Source: Alphaproteobacteria bacterium (GTDB lineage Bacteria; Pseudomonadota; Alphaproteobacteria; Rs-D84). From it: a stretch of 64,000 nt of DNA. The translations under genes and the position numbers were made by a program. Of the stretch, positions 54,698 through 64,000 are shown in pieces (the stretch's first letter is position 1; each line of letters begins with the position of its first letter). The stretch lies in assembly GCA_017524525.1 (NCBI GenBank), contig JAFXVM010000009.1, positions 3,421 through 67,420 of the forward strand, written 5' to 3'. A model generated the notes under the pieces. The model had not been told where the DNA came from. It saw only the letters and a list, made by a program, of their open reading frames with translations, and searched no databases.

Positions 54698-56251
54698 TTA
54701 TTTTGATGTCTTTTTGATAATGTACATTTGCAATATTCCAAACAGATTAGACATAGTCCAATAAAGAACCAATCCTGCAGGCATCCATGCGAACATTACT
54801 GTGAATAAAATCGGCATCCATTTCATTACACGCTGGGTAGATGCGGCCATATCGTTTGCACCACTTTGTATTTTTGGAGATTGTAAATACTGTTGCAACC
54901 ACATTGTTGCACCCATCAAAACCGGCAAAATAAAATAAGGATCCATCACGGCCAAATCCGATATCCACAAGAAATGTGCGCTGCGCATTGGAACAGATAT
55001 TAACAACGCTTTATACAATGCAAAAAAGATTGGTATTTGTATCAACATCGGCAAACAGCCAGACATTGGCGAAGTTTTATGTGTTTGATAAATCTTCATC
55101 ATTTCCATTTGCAGACGCGCTTTGTCATTAGCGTATAATTTTTGAACACGTTGTAATTCTGGCTGCATTTTCTGCATCATCATCATTGAAACATAAGATT
55201 TACGCGTCAATGGCCATATCAAGATACGCAAAATCAAAGTTATCAAAATAATAGCAATACCATAATTACCAACCAACGCAAATAACCAATTTAACATCCA
55301 CAACATCGGTTGCGCAAAGAACCAAAACCATCCGTAATCCATCGTCTTTGCAATACCTGGAATTTTATCTGCTGCAGCGTTTAACAGTGTTGATATACGC
55401 GGACCTGTGAATAAATAAGTATTTACATCCACAGATGTATTTGGTGCAATTTTTATCGCAGCCGCATTAGTTTGTGCAAAATACAAATCGCCACTTTTTT
55501 TCAAACTTATGGTTTGGTCATTCGCTTCAATAGATGCGATCGTTTCCCAATATTGTTCTGCAAACCCAAGTGAACCACGAACCGTTGAATATGCCACTGA
55601 TTTTTTATCTAATTTATTCCAATGTGCATAATCTAGTTTAGAATTAGCATAAACAACCCCACCTGTTTCCACTACCCCAGACATTTTTTCATTTGTGCTT
55701 TTTACAATTTGAACGTATGGCGCAACATTGATTTCTGTGGCAGAATTGTTTTTAATTGTATCTGTGATTTTTATTGTATATCCATCCACTGATATTTGAC
55801 GCGAAAAATCGATTTTTTTGCCGTTATTCCACTTCATCAAATCGTTCGCATCATTCCACACAGTGTTTATATTTGGGACAACTGTGTCAGTCGAAACAAA
55901 ACCAATTTCTACAAAATTGTTTTCGTTATTCAACAAAGAAATATTTTCATTAGATTGCGCATCTTTTTTATGCTTTTTTAATGCGATGTTTGATACACGT
56001 AATCCTTGAACTGTGAAATCAATTTCATCTTTGAACACAGTTTGTTTTGTCGCGCTTGATTGTTCAACAGTTATAGGCGCTGTGTTTACAACTTCTGTTT
56101 TTTGAGGCTTCATCCACAGCCCCATCACCCACCATGCTAATAAGAATATCAAAGCCCACTTAAAGAAACTGAATTTCTTTTCTGGCTTTTTTTGATTTTG
56201 CATACTTGCCCATTGAGCAAACCCAGAATTATTATCCAAATATTGTACCAT
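54698..56251 (-). CDS. yidC: Membrane protein insertase YidC
   Basis: 517 aa with an N-terminal TM helix and a large periplasmic domain. The C-terminal 60-kDa IMP core shows GCLPMLIQIPIFFALY. Confidence 0.93.
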   Translation of the reverse strand: MVQYLDNNSGFAQWASMQNQKKPEKKFSFFKWALIFLLAWWVMGLWMKPQKTEVVNTAPITVEQSSATKQTVFKDEIDFTVQGLRVSNIALKKHKKDAQSNENISLLNNENNFVEIGFVSTDTVVPNINTVWNDANDLMKWNNGKKIDFSRQISVDGYTIKITDTIKNNSATEINVAPYVQIVKSTNEKMSGVVETGGVVYANSKLDYAHWNKLDKKSVAYSTVRGSLGFAEQYWETIASIEANDQTISLKKSGDLYFAQTNAAAIKIAPNTSVDVNTYLFTGPRISTLLNAAADKIPGIAKTMDYGWFWFFAQPMLWMLNWLFALVGNYGIAIILITLILRILIWPLTRKSYVSMMMMQKMQPELQRVQKLYANDKARLQMEMMKIYQTHKTSPMSGCLPMLIQIPIFFALYKALLISVPMRSAHFLWISDLAVMDPYFILPVLMGATMWLQQYLQSPKIQSGANDMAASTQRVMKWMPILFTVMFAWMPAGLVLYWTMSNLFGILQMYIIKKTSK

Positions 56252-56262
56252 TTTTTCTTTCC

Positions 56263-56832
56263 TTAATTTTGTAAATTACGAATACATTTTCTTCTGTTTA
56301 TAAACAAATTTATCAAATAAAGGCAGACACCAAAAGTGATAAATATATCCCCAACATTAAATATTGCAGGGAAAGTCCAAAGCCCCCCAATATGCCATTG
56401 TATAAAATCTGCCACTGCGCCAAAACGAATTCTGTCTAATAAATTGCCCAGTGCGCCCCCAACTATCATTGCGATTGGCAATCTTTCGTATGTATACGAT
56501 TTTTTGAATAAATAATAAAGCAACCATAAAATTATCAGTGCTGTTAAAACACTTAATATCATTGGTGCCAATTCATTAAACGCGGAAAAAGAAACCCCGC
56601 GATTCCAGACAAAATGTATATTGAATAAATTAGATAACCCATAATCGCCACCGATAATATCGCGCCACGAAGCAATAACCCCATTAATATTACATTTTGC
56701 ACAAATCACATTAGGATCGAAAATTCTATCGCCATATTTGTTTGCCAATAAATCCAGCAAATATTTTTTTGAAAAGAAATCTGCCGCAAAAACCAATAAA
56801 ATAATTGCTATATATTTCAAAAACATTTTCAT
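56263..56832 (-). CDS. lspA: Lipoprotein signal peptidase (signal peptidase II)
   Basis: FVWNRGVSFS, GGALGNLLDR and VADF motifs are present. The start at 56832 has a GGGGTGA RBS. Confidence 0.9.
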   Translation of the reverse strand: MKMFLKYIAIILLVFAADFFSKKYLLDLLANKYGDRIFDPNVICAKCNINGVIASWRDIIGGDYGLSNLFNIHFVWNRGVSFSAFNELAPMILSVLTALIILWLLYYLFKKSYTYERLPIAMIVGGALGNLLDRIRFGAVADFIQWHIGGLWTFPAIFNVGDIFITFGVCLYLINLFINRRKCIRNLQN

Positions 56833-56892
56833 ATATTCACCCCGTTTTTGAAAATATAGCAATTACAGATTATAAAAGCAAATAGAATATAC

Positions 56893-58596
56893 TTATTTTA
56901 CATCTATCGGCTTACCAACGTTCGCATAACCATCTGCGCGCAGGCATTCAACCAATTCATCTATTTTATTCTTAGACAGCCCTATGTTAGACAAAACCTG
57001 ACCGCCCAATATAAATGATGATTCTATAATTTCTGGCGTTGCAGATTTTACACCGATATTCAGCAATTCTTGCGAAGATTTTAAACTGTGCGCGCGCGCA
57101 AATATCTTTATGCGTGGCGCAAATTCATGTAATGTATGAACAATTTCATGTGCAACAACCTCATCATTCAAAGATATTACTACTGCGCGTGTTTTACGCG
57201 GTTTTAAACCAGCCGCTTCTAAAATCGATTTCTTTTTGGAATCGCCGTAAATCACATTATAACCCGCTTCACGTGCCAAAATAACTTCGTCAACGTTGCC
57301 ATCAATAGCGACATAGGAAATATGTTCCGCCGTCAACATTTGAGCGATAATTTGCCCCATACGACCAAAACCACAGATTACAACTGTTGGGATTTCTTCT
57401 TTGATGCGTTCAGTCAAATCTTTGTTCTTTTTCTTGTTTATGAAAAGACCTGTTTTGGATAATTGGTCATATATTAACAACAATATTGGTGTAGACATAA
57501 TAGACACGATGATGATTGCTGTCAAAATTTCTTGGTGTTCAAATGGTATCGCGCTTATCCCATTTGTTTTCATCGTCTGCAAAATCAACAAGCCAAATTC
57601 ACCACCCTGAGCCAATATAAGTGACATCAATGCTGCTTCGCGACTTTGAACATGGCGCACGCGTGCAACCATGAAAAGCGCCAAAAATTTGATAACAACC
57701 AAACCTGCGACACCAATTAACACCATGTCCCAATGCTCTATCAAGAAAGGCAAATTTATCCCCATTCCCAACACTATGAAAAAGAATGACAAGAATAATG
57801 TTGCGTATGGTTCTACTGCTGCCGTGATTTGATGTCTGTACACTGTTTCAGACATTAACATACCCGCCAAGAAAGCCCCCAACGCAGGTGGCAACCCCAT
57901 CAAATTCAAAACCACTGCCCATATCGCAATATTTACCATAATTGCCAATACCAATGCTTCTTGAGATTTAATTTTCGCAACTACATGCATTAATGGATTA
58001 ATAACAAATTTTGCAACTATTAATACACCTAAAATTAAACCAACTGACATTACTAAAATATCTATGACAGATGCGCCCAAGTTTATAGATTTTCCAGTCA
58101 TAACAGGCAACATAGCAAGCAATGGAATTGATAATAAATCTTGGAACAATAAAATCGAGAATGTTTGACGCCCCATATTCGTTTGCAATTGATTTCTGTC
58201 TATTAATATTTGTAAGTCCTCTGAAGTACTGGACATCGCAAGAATCAAAGAAATCATTATTGTTCCAATCAAAGTCCATTGTGTAAGTCCCACTAACATT
58301 GGAAACAACATTACTGCAACCATTAAAACTTGGGATGCGCCAAGACCAAATATAGTGCGACGCAATTGCCACAATCTTTTCATATTGATTTGTAAACCAA
58401 TATTAAACCACAAGAACATTATACCCAATTCACCCAAAAAATTCCAAGTGCCAGATAATTCAAACAAACCAAATACATGCTGACCAGCCAAAACACCTGT
58501 TAACAAAAATGCCAACAAAGTTCCCATGCGAAACAGCCGCATAAAGAATACCGACACAAACGCTAGCGCAAAAAATATAAGTGTTGCTATTGACAT
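56893..58596 (-). CDS. CPA2-family monovalent cation:proton antiporter with a C-terminal RCK/TrkA-N domain (KefB/KefC-like)
   Basis: It has about 12 TM helices. VVICGFGRMGQIIAQML is the Rossmann motif of an RCK domain. Confidence 0.85.
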   Translation of the reverse strand: MSIATLIFFALAFVSVFFMRLFRMGTLLAFLLTGVLAGQHVFGLFELSGTWNFLGELGIMFLWFNIGLQINMKRLWQLRRTIFGLGASQVLMVAVMLFPMLVGLTQWTLIGTIMISLILAMSSTSEDLQILIDRNQLQTNMGRQTFSILLFQDLLSIPLLAMLPVMTGKSINLGASVIDILVMSVGLILGVLIVAKFVINPLMHVVAKIKSQEALVLAIMVNIAIWAVVLNLMGLPPALGAFLAGMLMSETVYRHQITAAVEPYATLFLSFFFIVLGMGINLPFLIEHWDMVLIGVAGLVVIKFLALFMVARVRHVQSREAALMSLILAQGGEFGLLILQTMKTNGISAIPFEHQEILTAIIIVSIMSTPILLLIYDQLSKTGLFINKKKNKDLTERIKEEIPTVVICGFGRMGQIIAQMLTAEHISYVAIDGNVDEVILAREAGYNVIYGDSKKKSILEAAGLKPRKTRAVVISLNDEVVAHEIVHTLHEFAPRIKIFARAHSLKSSQELLNIGVKSATPEIIESSFILGGQVLSNIGLSKNKIDELVECLRADGYANVGKPIDVK

Positions 58597-58627
58597 TGTT
58601 TTCCCTCTCCTTTTTTTACTTTACACA

Positions 58628-59455
58628 TTATAACAGATTTGAATCTATAATGCTTGCTATTTTTAAGAATATTTCTGGTGAAATTTCTTCAGCACGTTCT
58701 GTACCAGACAAACCGTATTTTTCCCAATCTGTTTTTATTATTCCTCGTATCATTTTTCGTCTTTGACCAAATAATTTCGCAGTTAATTTTTCTAGATTTT
58801 TTATATCTTTGATTGCTTTGATTTTATTTTTATTTGGAATAATTTGAACAACCGCAGATTGCACTTTGGGACGTGGAACAAATGCAGCATTTGGAACATC
58901 AAACAAAATTTTAGTGTCCGCGATTAAATTCGCCAATACGCCAAGTCGCCCATATTGTTCATCACCAACTTTTGCCACTATGCGCAAAGCCACTTCTTTT
59001 TGAAACATCAATGTCAAAGATTTTATCTTTTCTCCGTCAGCGATTTTATGCAACCAATTAATTAATAATTCTGTGCCGACATTGTATGGCAAATTAGAAC
59101 AGATTGCATATTCTTTGATGCCATCCATTTTAACCTGCAAAGCATCACCAAAAATTATTTCAAGTTTTCCGTTTGATGCATCCACTATTTGCGACAAAAT
59201 CGGTTCAGTTGTTTTATCTTTTTCAATCGCGATAACTTTCTTTGCGCCCGCCATTAACAACGCACGCGTTAATCCGCCGGGCCCCGGACCTATTTCGACA
59301 ACAGTTGTTTTTTCTATATCCGGAACAGAACGCGCAATTCGAGAAGTTAAATTTAAATCAAACAAAAAATTTTGACCAAATTGTTTTTTCGGTTCCAATC
59401 CGCTTTCACGCATCATTGCTGATACTGGGGGTAAATTTACAACTTTGCTTGTCAT
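58628..59455 (-). CDS. rsmA: 16S rRNA (adenine1518/1519-N6)-dimethyltransferase RsmA/KsgA
   Basis: KKQFGQNFLFDLNL, VVEIGPGPGGLTRAL and SNLPYNV are present. Confidence 0.93.
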   Translation of the reverse strand: MTSKVVNLPPVSAMMRESGLEPKKQFGQNFLFDLNLTSRIARSVPDIEKTTVVEIGPGPGGLTRALLMAGAKKVIAIEKDKTTEPILSQIVDASNGKLEIIFGDALQVKMDGIKEYAICSNLPYNVGTELLINWLHKIADGEKIKSLTLMFQKEVALRIVAKVGDEQYGRLGVLANLIADTKILFDVPNAAFVPRPKVQSAVVQIIPNKNKIKAIKDIKNLEKLTAKLFGQRRKMIRGIIKTDWEKYGLSGTERAEEISPEIFLKIASIIDSNLL

Positions 59456-60042
59456 AATCTTTTACGCCCCCCAAAAGCCAATGTTAATGTCCCGTCATCT
59501 ATGTAATCTAAATCCCCGCCAAGTGGCACACCAGACGCCAATTCTGTAAATTCAACGCCATTATTACCAACAGATGAAATTATGTATTGTTGTGTTGTTT
59601 TTCCTTCTACTGTGTTGGGCAGAGCGAATATTATTTCGTGAATTTTTTCTTTGTTTATTCTCTCCGTAATATTAGCAATATTCAAATCGTCTGGCGTAAT
59701 TCCATCAACACCAGATAAATTTCCACCCAATACATGATAACGCCCATGAAAAACGCCCGATTTTTCCAAAACCAATACATCTGATAAATCACGAACTATA
59801 CACAATTGACCGTTTTGACGCGTCATATCTGCACAATATTCACATATTTCACCGTCCGTTAAAACACCACAAATTGAACACGGGTGGATTGTTTGAGCCG
59901 CATCTAACAAAGTATTTGCCAACATTTCAGCGCGACCTGTTTTATCTTGCAATAAACCAATCACTATACGCGAAGCCGCCCGCGTTCCAACACGCGGTAA
60001 TTTAGCAAATTGTTTAATAAGTTTTTCTATCTTTATATTCAT
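59452..60042 (-). CDS. recR: Recombination protein RecR
   Basis: The HhH region is KLPRVGTRAASRI and the C4 zinc finger is CSICGVLTDGEICEYC. A Toprim domain is present. There is a 4-nt overlap with rsmA. Confidence 0.93.
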   Translation of the reverse strand: MNIKIEKLIKQFAKLPRVGTRAASRIVIGLLQDKTGRAEMLANTLLDAAQTIHPCSICGVLTDGEICEYCADMTRQNGQLCIVRDLSDVLVLEKSGVFHGRYHVLGGNLSGVDGITPDDLNIANITERINKEKIHEIIFALPNTVEGKTTQQYIISSVGNNGVEFTELASGVPLGGDLDYIDDGTLTLAFGGRKRL

Positions 60043-60051
60043 CTTTTGTCT

Positions 60052-61182
60052 TTAATGGAAAATATAACAATCTATGCCATTTGCAGATGCCATATTTTTC
60101 ACGTTTTGCGCCGCGCTTTCAATTAACCCATTTATACGAACACGATATAAACCAGTTTCGTTTTGCTGAATTTCTGGGTTAAAACCAGTTGCTGTATAAA
60201 CCTTTTGAGATTGATTTTGCGCAGAATTATATGACGAAAAAGCCCCGCATTGAACCCCCACAGAACCCGATGCGTAATGTGCTGAAGCACTTGGCGAAGG
60301 CGTTGCATACTTTGCCACAGGATTTGCATTTGATGGCGCTTCTTTGTGATAAGTTTGTGTTTGCGTTGTCGTGTAATTAGTCGCGGAACCAATTCCAACC
60401 TTGCCAAAACCGATATTAAGCATTTTTGTTGCAACTTGGGCACGAATATCTTTGCTTTCTGCGCCCAATACCACAGCGATTAAATGTCTGTTATTTCTTT
60501 GTGCAGTGGCGACAAGAGAATATTTAGATTTATTTGTAAAGCCTGTTTTCATACCATCGCACCCAGGATACACACCCAACAGCCTGTTTCCGTTCGTATA
60601 TGTTTTTCCGTTATAAGTCCAACTTTTTATACCAAAATATTTCCAATATTGTGGAAAATGTTTATAAACCGCCATAGACAACAAAGCAATATCACGCGCA
60701 GTTGACATATGGTCGTCGTTCGGTAATCCCGATGAATTTTCAAAATTAGTATGCTGCAACCCTATTTCATTTGCGACACGCGTCATCATTGCTGCAAAAC
60801 TGCCCTCTTTGCCACCTTTTAAATTTTCAGCCAACACACGCGCCACATCGTTTGCAGAATGAACCGCAACCGCTTTGATTGCATCTTCCACAGTTATTTT
60901 GCTGCCCGCGGTAAGCCCCAATTTTACAGGCTGAGCATCCGCTGCATATTGCGAAACAATCAAATAATCATCCAAATGCAATCTGTTGTGTTCCAGCGCA
61001 TCAAAAGTTAAATACAAAGTCATTATTTTGGTAAGTGATGCAGGATAATTTAATTGATTTGCGTTTTCTTGGTATAATACATGCCCGCTGTCTATGTCAG
61101 CAACCAGCACAGCCCGATAATCTGCGGCATACGCATTAAACAATACAAACGATGATAAAATACCAAGCAAAACTCTCTTCAT
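60052..61182 (-). CDS. D-alanyl-D-alanine carboxypeptidase (S11 PBP) with a C-terminal SPOR domain
   Basis: The catalytic motifs SxxK (ASLTKIMT), SxN (HSAND) and KTG (MKTGFT) are present. The C-terminal VGVQCGAFSSYNSAQ...GLYRVRINGL is SPOR-like. Start chosen at 61182, in front of the signal peptide. Confidence 0.85.
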   Translation of the reverse strand: MKRVLLGILSSFVLFNAYAADYRAVLVADIDSGHVLYQENANQLNYPASLTKIMTLYLTFDALEHNRLHLDDYLIVSQYAADAQPVKLGLTAGSKITVEDAIKAVAVHSANDVARVLAENLKGGKEGSFAAMMTRVANEIGLQHTNFENSSGLPNDDHMSTARDIALLSMAVYKHFPQYWKYFGIKSWTYNGKTYTNGNRLLGVYPGCDGMKTGFTNKSKYSLVATAQRNNRHLIAVVLGAESKDIRAQVATKMLNIGFGKVGIGSATNYTTTQTQTYHKEAPSNANPVAKYATPSPSASAHYASGSVGVQCGAFSSYNSAQNQSQKVYTATGFNPEIQQNETGLYRVRINGLIESAAQNVKNMASANGIDCYIFH

Positions 61183-61308
61183 AATATAAGAATCATAGTA
61201 AAATTTTTGTATTCGGGTCAATAACAAAAACGATGTTTGGTGCATCTTTTGCAGAAACTGTTGTTTCACTGATTGTAAATTCGCTTAAAAACATCAACCA
61301 AAAACAAT

Positions 61309-61331
61309 AAAAAAATCGGGTTAAACCCGAT
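61309..61331 (-). terminator. Rho-independent terminator after pyk
   Basis: On the minus strand, atcggg-tttaa-cccgat is followed by a T6 run. Confidence 0.7.
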
Positions 61332-61335
61332 TTTT

Positions 61336-62703
61336 TTAATCAATTGTTCGTAAACTTATTTTATCTTCATCTACGATTACCAATTTTCCGGTACCTATGC
61401 CAAATTGACGCACTGATGCAAAAGCATCCCTTTGACCAAACAAATAATCATTGCAAATCGGGAATACACCACGGACCAAACTTAATTGATTCGCAACAGT
61501 TTCATCACCGCATACTGCGACAATTGGAATATCTGGTTTACGACAGGAAATTTGTATCGCAATATCTGGTTCACGAGCAAAGACCACGATTGCAACCACT
61601 TTGTTCAAACATGCCATAGACGACACAGAAAGAGACCAATCATTTTCTGGCAAATTATCTAAATTTGACCAATCGTGTGGATTTTCAATAGCATCTTTGT
61701 CTGCGTACGATAATATTTTATCCATAGTTTCAATAACATTAACCGGATTATCGCCGATTGTCGTTTCTTCCGAAGTCATTGTAGAATCAGTACGCAAATA
61801 AGATGCGTTTGCAACATCTGAAATTTCAGCACGCGTTGGAAATTCACTGTGCACCATAGACGACAACATTTGCGTAGCCATTATAACTGGTTTATTCAAT
61901 TTTCTGCATTCGCGAATAATACGGCGAGAAATCGCAGGAACTTGTTCAAAAGGGACTTCTACCGCCAAATCACCGCGCGCAATCATAATTCCATCTGCGG
62001 CAGTCGCGATATCCGTTATTCTTTCAACCGCATTTGGACGTTCTATTTTCGCGATTAATTTTACTGGGTGTGCCGAATATTCATTTATAAAATCCCGGAC
62101 ATTCGCAACATCTTCTGCACATTGAACAAACGACAGCGCAACATAATCTGGATTTTTAGTAAGCGCATATTCCAAATCTTTTCTGTCTTTTTCGGTTAAA
62201 ATATCTGTATTCACTTCTGTATCAGGTAAATTGAATCCGCGTCTGGACCAGATTTCGTCCCCTCTTTCAACAGTTGTTTCAATTTTATCGTCAAACACAG
62301 CATCTACTTTCAATTCAATTTTGCCATCATTTAATAAAACCCTGTCGCCAACAGATAAAGAACGCATAACATCAACGTCTGGTAAATATACCCTGTGTTC
62401 GTTTCCTGGGGTTGGGTCTGAATCAAGAACAAACTTTTGTCCTAATTTTAAAGGATAATGATTTTCTGTTTCAAAATCGCCTATTCTATGTTTTGGACCT
62501 TGGATATCAACCATAATCGCCACAGGTTTGTTTAAAGATGCAGCAATAGAACGTATCATATCGATTTTTGCGCCCTGGGTTTCACCTGTGTCGTGACTAA
62601 AATTAAGACGACATACATTGACGCCCGCTTTTATCATTGCTGTTAAAGTTTTTTTATCTTCACAATTTGGTCCAATGGACGCAGTTATCTTTGTAAATCT
62701 CAT
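61336..62703 (-). CDS. pyk: Pyruvate kinase
   Basis: TKITASIGPN, VCRLNFSHD, MIARGDLAVE and ATQMLSSM are present. Confidence 0.93.
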   Translation of the reverse strand: MRFTKITASIGPNCEDKKTLTAMIKAGVNVCRLNFSHDTGETQGAKIDMIRSIAASLNKPVAIMVDIQGPKHRIGDFETENHYPLKLGQKFVLDSDPTPGNEHRVYLPDVDVMRSLSVGDRVLLNDGKIELKVDAVFDDKIETTVERGDEIWSRRGFNLPDTEVNTDILTEKDRKDLEYALTKNPDYVALSFVQCAEDVANVRDFINEYSAHPVKLIAKIERPNAVERITDIATAADGIMIARGDLAVEVPFEQVPAISRRIIRECRKLNKPVIMATQMLSSMVHSEFPTRAEISDVANASYLRTDSTMTSEETTIGDNPVNVIETMDKILSYADKDAIENPHDWSNLDNLPENDWSLSVSSMACLNKVVAIVVFAREPDIAIQISCRKPDIPIVAVCGDETVANQLSLVRGVFPICNDYLFGQRDAFASVRQFGIGTGKLVIVDEDKISLRTID

Positions 62704-62796
62704 TTGTAAAACCCTTCCGTTAAATAAAATAAAAACATTTGATTTTTATATTTGTTAATATATCATATATTGTATGTAAAAGACAAGGGGAAGAAT

Positions 62797-63045
62797 ATGA
62801 AAAATGCAAATCACGGTGCTATTGATAATGCTCAATTGATTAGTATCATCGAAAGAATTGAGAAATTAAACGAAGATACTGCTGCTATTGCTGCTGATAT
62901 CAAAGAAGTATATAATGAAGCCAAATCGGCTGGTTATGATCCAAAATATATTCGTCAAATGATAAGATTACGCAAATTAGACCCAGATGAATTAGACGAA
63001 GCAGACGAATTAACAAAAATGTATCGCGATGCATTGGGTCTGTAG
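62797..63045 (+). CDS. gapR: GapR/DUF2312-family nucleoid-associated protein
   Basis: LISIIERIEKLNEDTAAIAADIKEVYNEAKSAGYDPKYIRQMIRLRKLDPDELDEADELTKMYRDALGL matches the alphaproteobacterial GapR pattern. The start at 62797 has an AAGGGGAAG RBS. Confidence 0.75.
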   Translation: MKNANHGAIDNAQLISIIERIEKLNEDTAAIAADIKEVYNEAKSAGYDPKYIRQMIRLRKLDPDELDEADELTKMYRDALGL

Positions 63046-63360
63046 ATGAAAAAATTCGTAAAACGTATTGAAAATTTTACCTGCGCCCATTGTGGCGCAG
63101 AAGTTTTTGGCAATGGATACACTAACCATTGTCCAAAATGTTTATGGTCGCGACATGTTGATAACAATCCTGGCGACAGGATGTCAAATTGTGGTGGCAT
63201 GATGGCGCCAATCGCTGTAAGCCCTGACAAAGACGGATATATTATCACACACAAATGTGAAAAATGCGGCAAAATAATAAAACAACATTCTGCTGAAAAT
63301 GACGATATCGAAACTATCATTGCAATATCGTCAAATCCAGACTTTATTTTTGGGAAATAG
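63046..63360 (+). CDS. RNHCP-domain zinc-ribbon protein
   Basis: FTCAHCGAEV...GYTNHCPKCLWSRHVD...HKCEKCG fits the RNHCP-like motif plus Cys pairs. Its ATG abuts the gapR stop. Confidence 0.5.
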   Translation: MKKFVKRIENFTCAHCGAEVFGNGYTNHCPKCLWSRHVDNNPGDRMSNCGGMMAPIAVSPDKDGYIITHKCEKCGKIIKQHSAENDDIETIIAISSNPDFIFGK

Positions 63361-63362
63361 TT

Positions 63363-64000
63363 TTATTTCTTTTTAGCAGCACCAATAAAGGCGTTAAACA
63401 TTGGATGCCCAGTAAATGGGTTGCTTTGAAATTCTGGATGAAATTGTCCCGCAATAAAGAATTTATGCGAAGGTATTTCAACAATTTCTGGCAAACGCCC
63501 ATCTGGTGAGGTCCCTGATATTATCATGCCGCCCTTTTCCAACGCATCTTTGTATTCCATGTTTACTTCGTATCTATGGCGATGGCGTTCCGAAATGTTT
63601 GTTGTGCCATATACTTTTTCAGCCAACGTCCCAGGTTTTATATTACACGGACACGCCCCCAAGCGCAGGGTTCCACCCATATTCGCCTTGTCACAATCGG
63701 GCATAATGTAAATCACTGGGGCACAATCTTTATCAAATTCCGTAGAGTTAGCGTTTTTTTCACCGACTACATTACGCATAAAATCTATGACAGCAACTTG
63801 CATTCCCAAACATATACCCATAAATGGAATATTATGTTCACGCGCATAGCCTGCGGCAGCAATTTTACCTTCTACCCCACGAGTGCCAAAGCCACCTGGT
63901 ATCAAAATACCATCAACATCTTCACAATCTTTTGGTGAAAAAGTTTCTGCGTTAATTTTTTTGATTTTTAATTTAACATTGTTTTGGACGGCTGCGTGGA
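63363..64000 (-). CDS. pyrG: CTP synthase, C-terminal glutamine amidotransferase part (5' end outside the window)
   Basis: PGGFGTRGVEGKI, FMGICLGMQ (catalytic Cys) and GQFHPEF are present. The frame stays open to the window edge. Confidence 0.93.
   Translation of the reverse strand, partial: HAAVQNNVKLKIKKINAETFSPKDCEDVDGILIPGGFGTRGVEGKIAAAGYAREHNIPFMGICLGMQVAVIDFMRNVVGEKNANSTEFDKDCAPVIYIMPDCDKANMGGTLRLGACPCNIKPGTLAEKVYGTTNISERHRHRYEVNMEYKDALEKGGMIISGTSPDGRLPEIVEIPSHKFFIAGQFHPEFQSNPFTGHPMFNAFIGAAKKK

Overview
Visibly AT-rich Gram-negative chromosome segment. It is most likely from a host-associated alphaproteobacterium, based on a GapR/DUF2312 nucleoid protein, an OlsB-OlsA ornithine-lipid pair, an alpha-type IhfA and VirB8-10. 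This taxonomic call is inference from motifs only. All calls come from reading the ORF translations and the DNA; no searches were run. The window splits in two. (1) About 1-15.2 kb is an accessory, defence-type island complex. It holds a DpnII-like nuclease fragment, a Gabija-like OLD-nuclease/UvrD-helicase pair and a translationally coupled three-gene operon of unknown function. Next come an array of TTATAC repeats and an orphan tRNA 3' end with its own terminator. Beyond that lie a TaqI-like N6-adenine methyltransferase convergent with a GIY-YIG-like nuclease, an ASCH/DUF4238 divergent pair, a coiled-coil/TM protein and an unknown+NUDIX pair. The complex ends with a GC-richer decayed tyrosine integrase, two secreted repeat proteins and a decayed HAD hydrolase gene. 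(2) About 15.8-64 kb is core genome: cvpA, tRNA-Arg(CCU), ihfA, an M13 peptidase, hemW, an OMP, a lytic transglycosylase, olsBA, an archaeal/eukaryote-type proS, ldh, an orphan mraZ, plsX-rpmF, and the secE-nusG-rplKAJL-rpoBC block preceded by tRNA-Trp. After that block come yidC, lspA, a CPA2 K+ antiporter, rsmA, recR, an S11 carboxypeptidase-SPOR protein, pyk, gapR and a partial pyrG. Lineage-specific items are interspersed among these core genes. They include a family of Cys-rich secreted proteins and an isolated virB8-virB9-virB10 islet whose VirB9 carries a SPOR-like tail and whose VirB10 is about 800 aa. They also include a roughly 440-bp GC-rich nested palindromic element and a GC-rich nested hairpin at the rpoB-rpoC junction. 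A homopolymer A10 tract separates a CPHC thioredoxin-fold protein from a C-terminal membrane anchor. No rRNA, CRISPR array or intact transposase was seen.
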